Below are positions 54,765 through 62,959 of a stretch of 64,000 nt of DNA, one piece after another. The notes beneath the pieces were generated by a model. It ran no database searches and was not told the origin of the DNA. It was given only the letters and a program-made list of their open reading frames with translations. How positions within the stretch are numbered: position 1 is the stretch's first letter; each line of letters starts with the position of its first letter. This stretch comes from a virus: the IMG/VR virus record IMGVR_UViG_3300045988_127881. One strand, 5' to 3'. A program made the position numbers and the translations under genes.

Positions 54765-55208
54765 ATGAACATAGCAGAAATATTAAAAGATTGCCCAAGT
54801 GGTACAAGGCTTTACAGTCCAATATATGGTGAATTAAGTTTAGTAAATGCTGTGCCTGGTCACATTTATCCTATATGTTGCCGTACAAGGAGAGGAAACG
54901 CAGTTGATTTTACAGAAGATGGTCTGTTGAACACAACAGACGCAGAACCTACGCTTTTCCCATCAAAAGACCAACGTGATTGGAGCAAGTTTGTAGTGAT
55001 TGAACAAGATACTAATACCCGACCTAAACCTCAGTTTAAGCCTTTTGAAAAAGTGCTTGTCCGTGATGGTGACCAATATGAATGGCAATGCAATTTTTTC
55101 AGTGGTATGGACAAAGAAAACTTTTATTTGTGTGTTAGTGCACGTTGGGAGCAGTGCATTCCCTACGAAGGCAACGAACATCTTTTAGGAACTACAAATA
55201 AACCCTAA
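54765..55208 (+). CDS. hypothetical protein, distantly related to 55499/56050 pair
   Basis: Shares the VRD...W..C and ...PY/PLSK core pattern with the pair. Confidence 0.6.
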   Translation: MNIAEILKDCPSGTRLYSPIYGELSLVNAVPGHIYPICCRTRRGNAVDFTEDGLLNTTDAEPTLFPSKDQRDWSKFVVIEQDTNTRPKPQFKPFEKVLVRDGDQYEWQCNFFSGMDKENFYLCVSARWEQCIPYEGNEHLLGTTNKP

Positions 55209-55238
55209 TTAAACAATGAAACTAATTGACGAAGAACG

Positions 55239-55460
55239 ATGGAATCATATCAAATGAAAATCAAACTACGGTCAAGTAGGTTATGGTCTGGAATGGATAA
55301 ATTGCCAGAACTTGACGGCGCAATCCTCGCAGTGAGCGATGACGATAGATATAGGTGTTATGAAAAAGTGGAAGCACGTGACTTTGAAGAGCTAATTAAC
55401 GAAGGCTATATTATGTGGTGCTATGTGTATGACTTGGTGCAGGCCGCTTATGATATGTAG
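55239..55460 (+). CDS. hypothetical small protein
   Basis: 73-aa ORF. Confidence 0.5.
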   Translation: MESYQMKIKLRSSRLWSGMDKLPELDGAILAVSDDDRYRCYEKVEARDFEELINEGYIMWCYVYDLVQAAYDM

Positions 55461-55498
55461 CTATTAGACACTATAACAACTTAAGAATAAGAAATAAC

Positions 55499-56053
55499 AT
55501 GACACGAACAACATTCAAGAAAATTCCGTTTGACCTTGAGTTGGCGAAGAAGATTAGCAACAAGGAAGTTAAAGGAAGGATAGTGACAGAGGACAATCTT
55601 ACTGCAAGGATAGTTTGCTTTGATATGAAGTTTGGAGTAGATAAAATTCTCGCAGTCCTTGTTGATTGTGGTGGCAATTATGAAATATGGGTAAGGTGTA
55701 ACTTAGATGGTACTTGCCGTGATGACAGAAAAGAAGATAAATTCAATCTCCACATCGAAGTCCCAACCTACTACCGCGACTACTCCAACTTTGTTCCTCA
55801 AAGATGGCAGACTTGTTTGGTGAGAGATTATTCTTTAGATATATGGAGAGTAGCAGTATGTAGCGGAAAAGATGCTTATGGTAGACCACTCTTTTACTCG
55901 GAAAGAAATACTGATGGCTGTTGCGGTTGGTATCATTATCTCCCACTTTCTAAGGTAACCGAGCGTCTGATTGGTATAAGCAAGAGCTACGAAGAACTGA
56001 TAAAAGAACTTGATGCAGAATCAACTGCAACAACTAAAAACGAGCAACAATGA
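55499..56053 (+). CDS. hypothetical protein, tandem paralog A
   Basis: The first ~125 nt are nearly identical to 56050 onward (MTRTTFKK(I/V)PFD(L/I)ELAKKI(S/T)NKEVKGRIVTEDNLTARIVCFD). Confidence 0.7.
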   Translation: MTRTTFKKIPFDLELAKKISNKEVKGRIVTEDNLTARIVCFDMKFGVDKILAVLVDCGGNYEIWVRCNLDGTCRDDRKEDKFNLHIEVPTYYRDYSNFVPQRWQTCLVRDYSLDIWRVAVCSGKDAYGRPLFYSERNTDGCCGWYHYLPLSKVTERLIGISKSYEELIKELDAESTATTKNEQQ

Positions 56054-56577
56054 CACGAACAACATTTAAGAAAGTTCCATTCGACATCGAATTGGCGAAG
56101 AAGATTACCAACAAGGAAGTTAAAGGAAGGATAGTGACAGAGGACAATCTTACTGCAAGGATAGTTTGCTTTGATTATAACTTTGGTGGGAAAAAAGACA
56201 ACATTGTAGCTATTATTGAGCATACAGGATATGAAGGCGTCTTAACGTGTTTCGCTGATGGTTTATATCATTATGATTTTTTTAATAAAAAATACGCCCT
56301 ACACATCGAAGTCCCCACCTTCTACCGCGACTACTCAAACTTTGTGCCGTGCAAGTGGCAGCCATGTCTTGTAAGAGATGTTGATGATGACCCTTGGAAT
56401 GTTATGGTCTGTGTTGGAGAGAAAACTGATGGTGATGCGCTATTTTACGGTCCAGGACGCCAAAAATACACTTGGGGAGAAGTCCTCCCCCTATCCAAAA
56501 TTACCGAACGCTTGGTGGGCACAAGAAAGAGCTACGAGCAGTTGATTAAAGAGCTTGACGGAAATGGGCAAGATTAA
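56050..56577 (+). CDS. hypothetical protein, tandem paralog B
   Basis: See 55499..56053. ATGA overlap with paralog A. Confidence 0.7.
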   Translation: MTRTTFKKVPFDIELAKKITNKEVKGRIVTEDNLTARIVCFDYNFGGKKDNIVAIIEHTGYEGVLTCFADGLYHYDFFNKKYALHIEVPTFYRDYSNFVPCKWQPCLVRDVDDDPWNVMVCVGEKTDGDALFYGPGRQKYTWGEVLPLSKITERLVGTRKSYEQLIKELDGNGQD

Positions 56578-56734
56578 AGCATGTGACGGGCAAGGCTGCA
56601 AGGAGCGCAAGGCTTGCCTGCGATTTGCTCTGTCGCATACAGAGAGTGACAGACACAACATTCACAAGGCTTGCTATTTCGCAAGTCCGAACGGGCGAGA
56701 CTGCCCGATAATGATTAAACAAAGAACAATATGA
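56564..56734 (+). CDS. small Cys-rich protein (56 aa)
   Basis: Below the track cutoff. MGKIKACDGQGCKERKACLRF...CYF...DCP. Overlaps both neighbours, as coupled genes do. Confidence 0.45.
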   Translation: MGKIKACDGQGCKERKACLRFALSHTESDRHNIHKACYFASPNGRDCPIMIKQRTI

Positions 56735-57039
56735 AAGAGGACATGACTGCACTTGTGCTAAGACACATACCAGAACGTGTTCCGCGCACCAAAGCGGAGC
56801 TTGCCGACATCTATCTGACCGAGTCGAATAAAATTGAAACAGACCGCATGAAGTCGCGTGAGAGAAAACGTGACGATGACGAGGTGGTCAAGAGCCGCTA
56901 CGACTCGGTGATTGCCGACAAGGAGGCACTACTCACCGAACTGCAAAACGAGATAGAGAAACTTAGACATGAGATGTCTGGGAAACTCTTATATGCCAGT
57001 TTGGAAGAGGAGCTCAGGAACCTGGAACTTGCCGACTGA
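56731..57039 (+). CDS. hypothetical coiled-coil protein
   Basis: 102-aa ORF. Confidence 0.55.
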   Translation: MKEDMTALVLRHIPERVPRTKAELADIYLTESNKIETDRMKSRERKRDDDEVVKSRYDSVIADKEALLTELQNEIEKLRHEMSGKLLYASLEEELRNLELAD

Positions 57040-57130
57040 CGGAAGGTGCTTGATATGTGGTTTGAGACAATGCGAAACAGAATAGAAAAAGAACAAGGAA
57101 ACAGCAAATAACAAAAAAAACGAATAAATT

Positions 57131-57442
57131 ATGACGAAACTTTTTGTAGAAGAATTGAAGGATATGTATGCAGTGTTAGACAATGCCATACAAAACTCTG
57201 ACCATACGGATTTTGAGCAGTGCTATTCGGCACTTGCTGAATTGTGCGAGCGCGCTCTGTGCGGCTTATATAAATACAAGGGAGTGGCCTCTGTGCATGA
57301 CCTAATAGAGATGTTCAAAAGAGACATGAAATATGTGCAGGGACTCATGAGCAAGGAGGAGGAGAAAGCTTACCTTGAAGATGAGGCAAAGCGAGCATAC
57401 AAGCTTTTGGATAAGGACAAAGAAGAGGAGGGTAAGGAATGA
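57131..57442 (+). CDS. hypothetical protein
   Basis: 103-aa ORF. Confidence 0.55.
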   Translation: MTKLFVEELKDMYAVLDNAIQNSDHTDFEQCYSALAELCERALCGLYKYKGVASVHDLIEMFKRDMKYVQGLMSKEEEKAYLEDEAKRAYKLLDKDKEEEGKE

Positions 57443-57642
57443 TAGCGATGATTTTTGCCGCTGTGGCGTTTATCTGTGGTATGTTCGTTGCTTACCTTGC
57501 TGGCAAGTATATTGGCAGAGAGAACGGATATTACGAGGGCCACAGCGAGGCTTACAGAGAACTTGAACACATAATTGACAATTACATTGAAAATCTAAAC
57601 AAGGAATTTGATGCAAAGAACACTTCAACAAAGGGCGCGTGA
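57439..57642 (+). CDS. small membrane protein
   Basis: 67 aa with an N-terminal hydrophobic helix (IAMIFAAVAFICGMFVAYLAG). Confidence 0.55.
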   Translation: MIAMIFAAVAFICGMFVAYLAGKYIGRENGYYEGHSEAYRELEHIIDNYIENLNKEFDAKNTSTKGA

Positions 57643-57763
57643 GGCTGCCGACCGCATTCGCTGTGACGAGTGTGGCGAGCAAAGCACTTGCACGCCACTG
57701 ATGGCAAAGGCTTGCCTTAAAGGTTTTATTCGCGGTTATGTTGCCGCAAACACAAAAAAGTAA
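57611..57763 (+). CDS. small Cys-containing protein (50 aa)
   Basis: Below the track cutoff. MQRTLQQRAREAADRIRCDECGEQSTC... Confidence 0.35.
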   Translation: MQRTLQQRAREAADRIRCDECGEQSTCTPLMAKACLKGFIRGYVAANTKK

Positions 57764-57768
57764 AAGAC

Positions 57769-57876
57769 ATGATAAAGCCTGAGATGATATTAGATTACGG
57801 CATGAGTATTGCGCTTGTAATAGCCTTTATCTACATGACCTATCGCGTGATTAAAAAAATATTCGATGAAGAATGA
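57769..57876 (+). CDS. mini membrane peptide (35 aa)
   Basis: MIKPEMILDYGMSIALVIAFIYMTYRVIKKIFDEE. ATGA overlap with the next ORF. Confidence 0.35.
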   Translation: MIKPEMILDYGMSIALVIAFIYMTYRVIKKIFDEE

Positions 57877-57968
57877 AACTACTGATAGTAATAGCACTAA
57901 TGTTGTTCGTGTATTGGCTGTGGAAGGACATCAACCGTCATGACGGGCCACCGATTGCGAGCAGCTAA
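57873..57968 (+). CDS. mini membrane peptide (31 aa)
   Basis: MKLLIVIALMLFVYWLWKDINRHDGPPIASS. Confidence 0.35.
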   Translation: MKLLIVIALMLFVYWLWKDINRHDGPPIASS

Positions 57969-58054
57969 TCAACGACATACCCCACTTACCAACCTCATAT
58001 TTTTTCACTTCATAAATATAAATGGTTTTGTTTAGTTGGATTTGTTTTTAATTG

Positions 58055-58100
58055 CCCGAGGTCGGGTAACACTCGGTCCGTGTCCGAGGTGGGGTACTTA
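58055..58100 (+). promoter_or_regulatory. mutually exclusive hairpins (switch-like)
   Basis: CCGAG (58056-60), CTCGG (58072-76) and CCGAG (58084-88). The middle segment can pair with either flank. Confidence 0.3.
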
Positions 58101-58103
58101 TAA

Positions 58104-58205
58104 GCCCTCTCTGCAACGCCACAATTTAATAACTTAAACTTAACGGATTTACTTTTAATGGTGCAGTGGTGTCGGCAGCGCGTGGTTCGTGGCCACGGAG
58201 GGCGC
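58104..58205 (+). ncRNA. tRNA-like element 4 (weaker)
   Basis: 6-bp stem GCCCTC (58104-09) with GAGGGC (58198-203), abutting the T-arm-like CGTGG-TTCGTGG-CCACG (58181-97). The loop deviates from TTCRANN. Confidence 0.3.
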
Positions 58206-58212
58206 AATTTTA

Positions 58213-58389
58213 ATGAGAAATAATATGACTACAAAACAAGTTATTCACGCCCTGCATCTGCACCAGAAATGGCGCAGAGGGGCAATAAGCGAGATGCCAT
58301 TAACGGCAAAGGAATATGGACAAGCCTTGGACGAGGCAATAAGACTGCTTAGACAATATGACAAACAGCAAGACGGGGCAGTGCGGTGA
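58213..58389 (+). CDS. hypothetical small protein
   Basis: ATG at 58213 within track ORF 58189..58389, whose own start is a GTG. Confidence 0.5.
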   Translation: MRNNMTTKQVIHALHLHQKWRRGAISEMPLTAKEYGQALDEAIRLLRQYDKQQDGAVR

Positions 58390-58510
58390 GTGCCTGAGGT
58401 TCGCCAAGGGCAGATGCCCGAAATTCTTTTCCAACTCTGTGCGGACAGCGTGTAATGGCTTCACACAGAGCAAATCAGTAACTAAAAATACACACTTCGA
58501 TAAAGTATAA
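58358..58510 (+). CDS. small Cys-rich protein (50 aa)
   Basis: MTNSKTGQCGECLRFAKGRCPKFF...ACNGF. Below the track cutoff. Overlaps the upstream gene by 32 nt. Confidence 0.35.
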   Translation: MTNSKTGQCGECLRFAKGRCPKFFSNSVRTACNGFTQSKSVTKNTHFDKV

Positions 58511-58515
58511 ACATT

Positions 58516-58875
58516 ATGACATTCGACGAATACCAAGAACTTGCAATGACTTTCTGCACAAAGGAGAGTAACAATTTACCATACATGATACTCGGCCTTA
58601 ACGAGGAAGTAGGAGAACTGACAGGAAAGCTTGCAAAAGCAGTGCGCAAGGGACTGCTAAAGCCTGACCTTACCTTTGACGAGGACAACGTGAGTGAAGA
58701 ACTTTTTGAGCTAATGGACAACCTTACGAAGGAAAGTGGCGATGTGCTATGGATGCTCGCTGGGTTACACTCCGTTCTTAACAAACGACTCGAAACTACT
58801 GCGCATCTGAATATCCACAAACTTACAAGCCGCAAAAACAGAGGTGTCATCGTCGGGGAGGGCGATAACAGATGA
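58516..58875 (+). CDS. MazG-like nucleotide pyrophosphohydrolase
   Basis: LNEEVGELTGKLAKAVRKG...EELFELMDNLTKESGDVLWMLAGL is the EExxE...D MazG pattern. Confidence 0.7.
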   Translation: MTFDEYQELAMTFCTKESNNLPYMILGLNEEVGELTGKLAKAVRKGLLKPDLTFDEDNVSEELFELMDNLTKESGDVLWMLAGLHSVLNKRLETTAHLNIHKLTSRKNRGVIVGEGDNR

Positions 58876-58887
58876 GCAAAGATTGGA

Positions 58888-59490
58888 ATGGAGGATTTAA
58901 TTCCATTTTTCAAATGTCTCGGCGCAAGCTCGCACACTGAAAAGGAACGCGAGCCTAACGACTACTATGCCACAAGCCCTGAAGCAATAGACCTGCTGTT
59001 TGATAGCAACAATTTCGTTAGGCCAAGATTTGTTTGGGAGTGCGCATGCGGTGAGGGACATCTTGCAAAACGACTTGCCGATTTTGGCTGCAACGTCTAT
59101 TCGTCAGACCTCGTTGATAGGGGATTCGGCACAGGTGGCGTTGACTTCCTTAAACAGGTTGAAATGCCATTCCGTAACGTTGGAAGATGTATTATCACTA
59201 ATCCGCCGTACAAATACGCTATGGAGTTTGTGCTTCATGCGCTTGACTTGCTTAAAGACGGGGAACGAGCTGTGTTCTTCCTAAAGACAAGTGCGCTTGA
59301 AGGTAAGAAAAGATACGAAAGATTATTCAAGCCATTTCCTCCTAAAATGATTTACCAATTCAAAGGGAGAGTCATCTGCGCAAAAAATGGCGATTTTGAA
59401 AGCATGAAGAAGGTCGGCAGTGCGGTTAGCTATGCCTGGTTTGAATGGGTCAAAGGTTATAATGGTGTCACTAATATATGCTGGATATAA
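58888..59490 (+). CDS. N6-adenine DNA methyltransferase (orphan)
   Basis: SAM motif WECACGEGHL and catalytic NPPY (IITNPPYKY). 200 aa. No cognate nuclease seen. Confidence 0.7.
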   Translation: MEDLIPFFKCLGASSHTEKEREPNDYYATSPEAIDLLFDSNNFVRPRFVWECACGEGHLAKRLADFGCNVYSSDLVDRGFGTGGVDFLKQVEMPFRNVGRCIITNPPYKYAMEFVLHALDLLKDGERAVFFLKTSALEGKKRYERLFKPFPPKMIYQFKGRVICAKNGDFESMKKVGSAVSYAWFEWVKGYNGVTNICWI

Positions 59491-59753
59491 TAAAAAACAT
59501 AGTTCAAATGAAAAAGGAAAAACACGAAATTAGCAACAATGAGCTTTTACACAAATGTGTAGACAACTTCGATGCGGAACACGTCAACTTCATCTTGGAA
59601 GCAGCACTGTTAAACGTATCAAGCTTGAAACAAGGAATGGACGACAGCCAACTCCTCATTGTCGTAAATTCTGTATCAGAATTGGCAATAGAACTTGCAA
59701 ATGCAGAAAACAGAATTACGACTATAAAAAGATTGCTTAATTCAACGAAGTAA
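59478..59753 (+). CDS. hypothetical protein
   Basis: 91-aa ORF between the MTase and the PAPS-reductase-like gene. Confidence 0.5.
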   Translation: MLDIIKNIVQMKKEKHEISNNELLHKCVDNFDAEHVNFILEAALLNVSSLKQGMDDSQLLIVVNSVSELAIELANAENRITTIKRLLNSTK

Positions 59754-59756
59754 TAA

Positions 59757-60752
59757 TTGCGTATGAAAAATTCCGAATTAGAATTTAAGCTAAAGGAAGT
59801 TCTACCTAAATTCAGTGCGCAATTCCAACAAAAAATGCTGCACAGCATCGAATTGCTACGTAAGGCTGAACGGCTTGCCAAGTCCTATGACAAAGAAAAT
59901 GGATACTTCCTCGCTTTTAGCGGAGGAAAGGACAGCCAATGTCTTTACCACATTGCGAAGTTGGCTGGCGTGCAATTTCAAGCGCACATGAACCTTACAA
60001 GCGTCGACCCTCCCGAAGTAATCCGTTTTGTTCGGGAACAATACCCTGACGTGGAACTTGCCAAACCACACGACAGTATTTTTAATGTGGCTATAAGGCG
60101 TAAAATCTTGCCTACCATGCGTGTGAGGTGGTGCTGCGAGGAATACAAGGAAATGGCTGGGGCTGGAAAGGTTACACTTATCGGCATAAGAAAAGCTGAG
60201 TCGGTACGAAGAGCTAAACGCAATGAAGTCGAAATCAACAACCACTCTTTTAGTGGCACACTTGACGAACTTGAAGATTACCGAAAACAAAAAACCGCGA
60301 AGGCCAAGCAACGAAAAGCACAAAAGAATGGCGGGGGCGTGACCATAGTCAATGCCGACGGCGAGCGTGTCCTTGGTTGTATCAGAGGCAAGGAGTCGCT
60401 GCTTATTTCGCCTATCATTGAATGGACTGACAAGGAGGTTTGGCTATTCCTTAACACGCTCGGCATAGCCCATTGCGAACTTTACGACCAAGGCTTTAAC
60501 CGTATAGGCTGCATTATCTGCCCTATGAGTTCTCCAAAGCAACGAGCAAAAGAAATGATGCGTTGGCCTCATGTAAAGCGCAACTGGATTAAAGCCATCA
60601 AAGCTATCCGTGCTGGGGGGGGGTATTTCAAAAAGAATATATCTGGTGGAACATCAAACGCGACCTCATTCCGTGCGACAATCGCAGAGGATTGCTCAGG
60701 AAACAAACCGCACAAGAAATCAACCCAAAGAAGCCACACATGGGTTTTCTGA
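59757..60752 (+). CDS. PAPS-reductase / PP-loop family protein (IbrA/DndC-like), zero-frame reading
   Basis: PP-loop FSGGKDSQCLYH and a later IGCIICPMSS. The C-terminal 43 aa follow the G9 tract and look frame-dependent. Confidence 0.65.
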   Translation: MRMKNSELEFKLKEVLPKFSAQFQQKMLHSIELLRKAERLAKSYDKENGYFLAFSGGKDSQCLYHIAKLAGVQFQAHMNLTSVDPPEVIRFVREQYPDVELAKPHDSIFNVAIRRKILPTMRVRWCCEEYKEMAGAGKVTLIGIRKAESVRRAKRNEVEINNHSFSGTLDELEDYRKQKTAKAKQRKAQKNGGGVTIVNADGERVLGCIRGKESLLISPIIEWTDKEVWLFLNTLGIAHCELYDQGFNRIGCIICPMSSPKQRAKEMMRWPHVKRNWIKAIKAIRAGGGYFKKNISGGTSNATSFRATIAEDCSGNKPHKKSTQRSHTWVF

Positions 60753-60894
60753 TAGCTCCTCGCCTGACAGCTTGACAGAGGAGCAACAAAACGAAATAGC
60801 TGAAAACATCTTTGATTGGTGGGTCTCTGGCAAATCATACAAACAATGGTATGCAGATAAATTTATACACCTCCATATAAATTTTAATGACTGA
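60610..60894 (+). other. +1-frame continuation ORF after G9 tract (possible true C-terminus)
   Basis: The frame reached by loss of one G runs 90 codons (…TEEQQNEIAENIFDWWVSGKSYKQWYADKF…) and ends 17 nt before the terminator at 60911. Confidence 0.4.
60615..60623 (+). repeat. G9 homopolymer inside the PAPS-reductase-like gene
   Basis: gct ggg ggg ggg tat. All three frames are open downstream of it. Confidence 0.95.
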
Positions 60895-60910
60895 ATACAC
60901 ACATTATAGC

Positions 60911-60941
60911 AAAAAGCGTGACAGAACGTCACGCTTTTTTT
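60911..60941. terminator. bidirectional intrinsic terminator
   Basis: AAAAA-GCGTGAC-agaac-GTCACGC-TTTTTTT, between convergent genes. Confidence 0.8.
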
Positions 60942-60943
60942 GT

Positions 60944-61300
60944 TTATTCAAAACTCTCCATATACCGCCATATCTTGTTGCAGGGCGCATCTTCGTCCTC
61001 GAAGAAAAACGCATGACCCGTCTCTATAATCAAGTCTGGCGTCAACGTCTTGCACAAGTCGGCATAAGCAGCGTTAAACGCTACATACTTGTCGTAATCC
61101 GTCACACAAGGCTTAAACTGCAACCCTTTCGTGGCTTCAAGCACCTGCTCCAGGCTCCAGTGCGGCCCATGATGCTCCGCGCCGTCTTTAGTAGTGTAGT
61201 ATATGCGGCTGACAGCCTTCTCTGCACTTTCCTTATCGAAGTGCTTGCACTTGCCACCACCCTTGCAAAATACCATATATAATCTTCCCATAATCATCAT
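60944..61300 (-). CDS. hypothetical protein
   Basis: 118-aa ORF. Confidence 0.6.
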   Translation of the reverse strand: MMIMGRLYMVFCKGGGKCKHFDKESAEKAVSRIYYTTKDGAEHHGPHWSLEQVLEATKGLQFKPCVTDYDKYVAFNAAYADLCKTLTPDLIIETGHAFFFEDEDAPCNKIWRYMESFE

Positions 61301-61779
61301 TTCTTAAATTCGTTGATAAAATCACGAAGTACAGCACCAAGACTCTTCACCTCGTTTTCTATCCCCTCAATCCGCTTGTCTTGCGCCCGTTTCTCGGCAA
61401 AGGCTGGATTAAGTTCCTCCAACAACTGGTTACAATTTGTAACCGTTTGCTTGTGACGCTCAACCTGTGACAAAGCGTCCTCGCTTGCAGCCTTTAGTGC
61501 TTCCACCTCTCTTAGTATTCCTTCCTTGTCGGTTGACAGCACAAGATGCCCTGCATACGTTATTGTTGCAGTTTCGGGGATTGTGTAGGTCTTGGTCGCA
61601 CCATCTGCCTCAATGGTTATGTCTACCACAAGGCCCGTAGGCTGCGCGCCGAAAGCCTTGGCTTGGTTATTGTCGTAGCGCGGAACTGCAACACTCACGG
61701 CCTTGCCTTGATAATATCTTGCGCCCTCCTTGTCAAGAAAGTAAATCGGGTAGCCTATTTTTACGTCTTTGAATAGCAT
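61297..61779 (-). CDS. hypothetical protein
   Basis: ATG at 61779 (MLFKDVKIGYPIYF...), 160 aa. Confidence 0.6.
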   Translation of the reverse strand: MLFKDVKIGYPIYFLDKEGARYYQGKAVSVAVPRYDNNQAKAFGAQPTGLVVDITIEADGATKTYTIPETATITYAGHLVLSTDKEGILREVEALKAASEDALSQVERHKQTVTNCNQLLEELNPAFAEKRAQDKRIEGIENEVKSLGAVLRDFINEFKK

Positions 61780-61942
61780 GATTTCAATCGTTAGTAGCAC
61801 GTGGGGCAATTACTTCCCCACGTGCTTGTTATTACTTCTCTTTCGACCTCTTCCGCGACCTCACGAAAAAGCTATTGTCCACCTTTTCGTTGGCGTCAGC
61901 AATATGGTCATCAGTGGCTATTTCCGTTTTGGAAACACCTCC

Positions 61943-62779
61943 TCATGTCGTTGCAGTTGTAGTCTTGCTAAGGGCTGCAATCAGTGCGGCAGTCTGGTTC
62001 TGCTGCGACAGCTCCAATCTCGCGTCTTGATACTTGCGGTCTATGTCGGCATACCAATGGTTGTTCAAGGCATCAATTATGCGCTGCGTGTTGTCCTGTC
62101 CTGCACGAATAACATCGCACTTGTCTTGTGACATCTGATAGCCAACAGAGCTAAATCCGCGCTCCACAGACGAGTTCACAAAATTGAGGCTCTGCTGCAA
62201 GGAATTGGTCTGTCCTTGTATTGCGAGCTGGCTCTCGTAGCCCATCTTTGTGATGCTATTCTGCGTGTTGCAGCAACAATTCTGAATTGCCTGAATAACT
62301 GCCGCATCACCTCTTTCCGCTGCGTTGATTACGCGCTCGGCCGAGAAACCAACCTTGCCACCAACTTGGTCAATAGCGGAACGAACAGCGCACACGCCTT
62401 GCTGCAACTGGTTGAAGTCGCAATTAAGGTTCGCGCCCAGTGTGGTCAAGGCATCGTTATTGCCCTTGATTGCCTGCATCAGCAGGTCGGAGTTGTGGTT
62501 GTCAGCCATCTGCGAGCGCAGCGACTGAATTTGGCCCTGTATCTCGGCATCTTGCAGACCATTGCGGTTGTTGCCAAACCCGAAGCCATTGCCACCGAAC
62601 ATGGCAAGGAAAATAAGATACAAGAACGGATTGTTAAGCCACTGGTTTGCACCTCCAAGGCCACCATTCATCATGGCTGCCAAGGCCATAGGGTCATTGC
62701 CCTTGTTGTTCGCCATTGCCGCATAAGCAAGCGCATCATTACCTCTGTCGCAACAGATTACTTTCTCTACATTGTCCAT
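61943..62779 (-). CDS. hypothetical membrane-associated Gln/Asn-rich protein
   Basis: ATG at 62779 (MDNVEKVICCDRGND...). One hydrophobic segment (FLYLIFLAMFGG), then a long polar region. Confidence 0.6.
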   Translation of the reverse strand: MDNVEKVICCDRGNDALAYAAMANNKGNDPMALAAMMNGGLGGANQWLNNPFLYLIFLAMFGGNGFGFGNNRNGLQDAEIQGQIQSLRSQMADNHNSDLLMQAIKGNNDALTTLGANLNCDFNQLQQGVCAVRSAIDQVGGKVGFSAERVINAAERGDAAVIQAIQNCCCNTQNSITKMGYESQLAIQGQTNSLQQSLNFVNSSVERGFSSVGYQMSQDKCDVIRAGQDNTQRIIDALNNHWYADIDRKYQDARLELSQQNQTAALIAALSKTTTATT

Positions 62780-62838
62780 AATTATGAATGTATTAAGTCG
62801 GTCGGGGAATATCCCCCGATACCGCAAAGATGGTGACA

Positions 62839-62901
62839 AGTTGCTTGTGAGTTGCTTGTGAGTTTTGTTAGTTGTTTGTGAGTTGCTTGTGAATTGTTTG
62901 T
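62839..62901. repeat. 11-bp tandem repeat (AGTTGCTTGTG)n, about 5.6 copies
   Basis: agttgcttgtg x2, agttttgtt, agttgtttgtg, agttgcttgtg, aattgtttg. Helical-turn phasing. Lies in the 5' region of the 62779 gene. Confidence 0.85.
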
Positions 62902-62920
62902 CCTATCCACCAATAAAGCA

Positions 62921-62947
62921 AAAGGCCACCCCATTCGGGTGGCCTTT
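62921..62947 (-). terminator. intrinsic terminator
   Basis: AAAGGCCACCC-cattc-GGGTGGCCTTT. A T-run follows on the minus strand. Confidence 0.7.
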
Positions 62948-62959
62948 GTTCATTCATAA

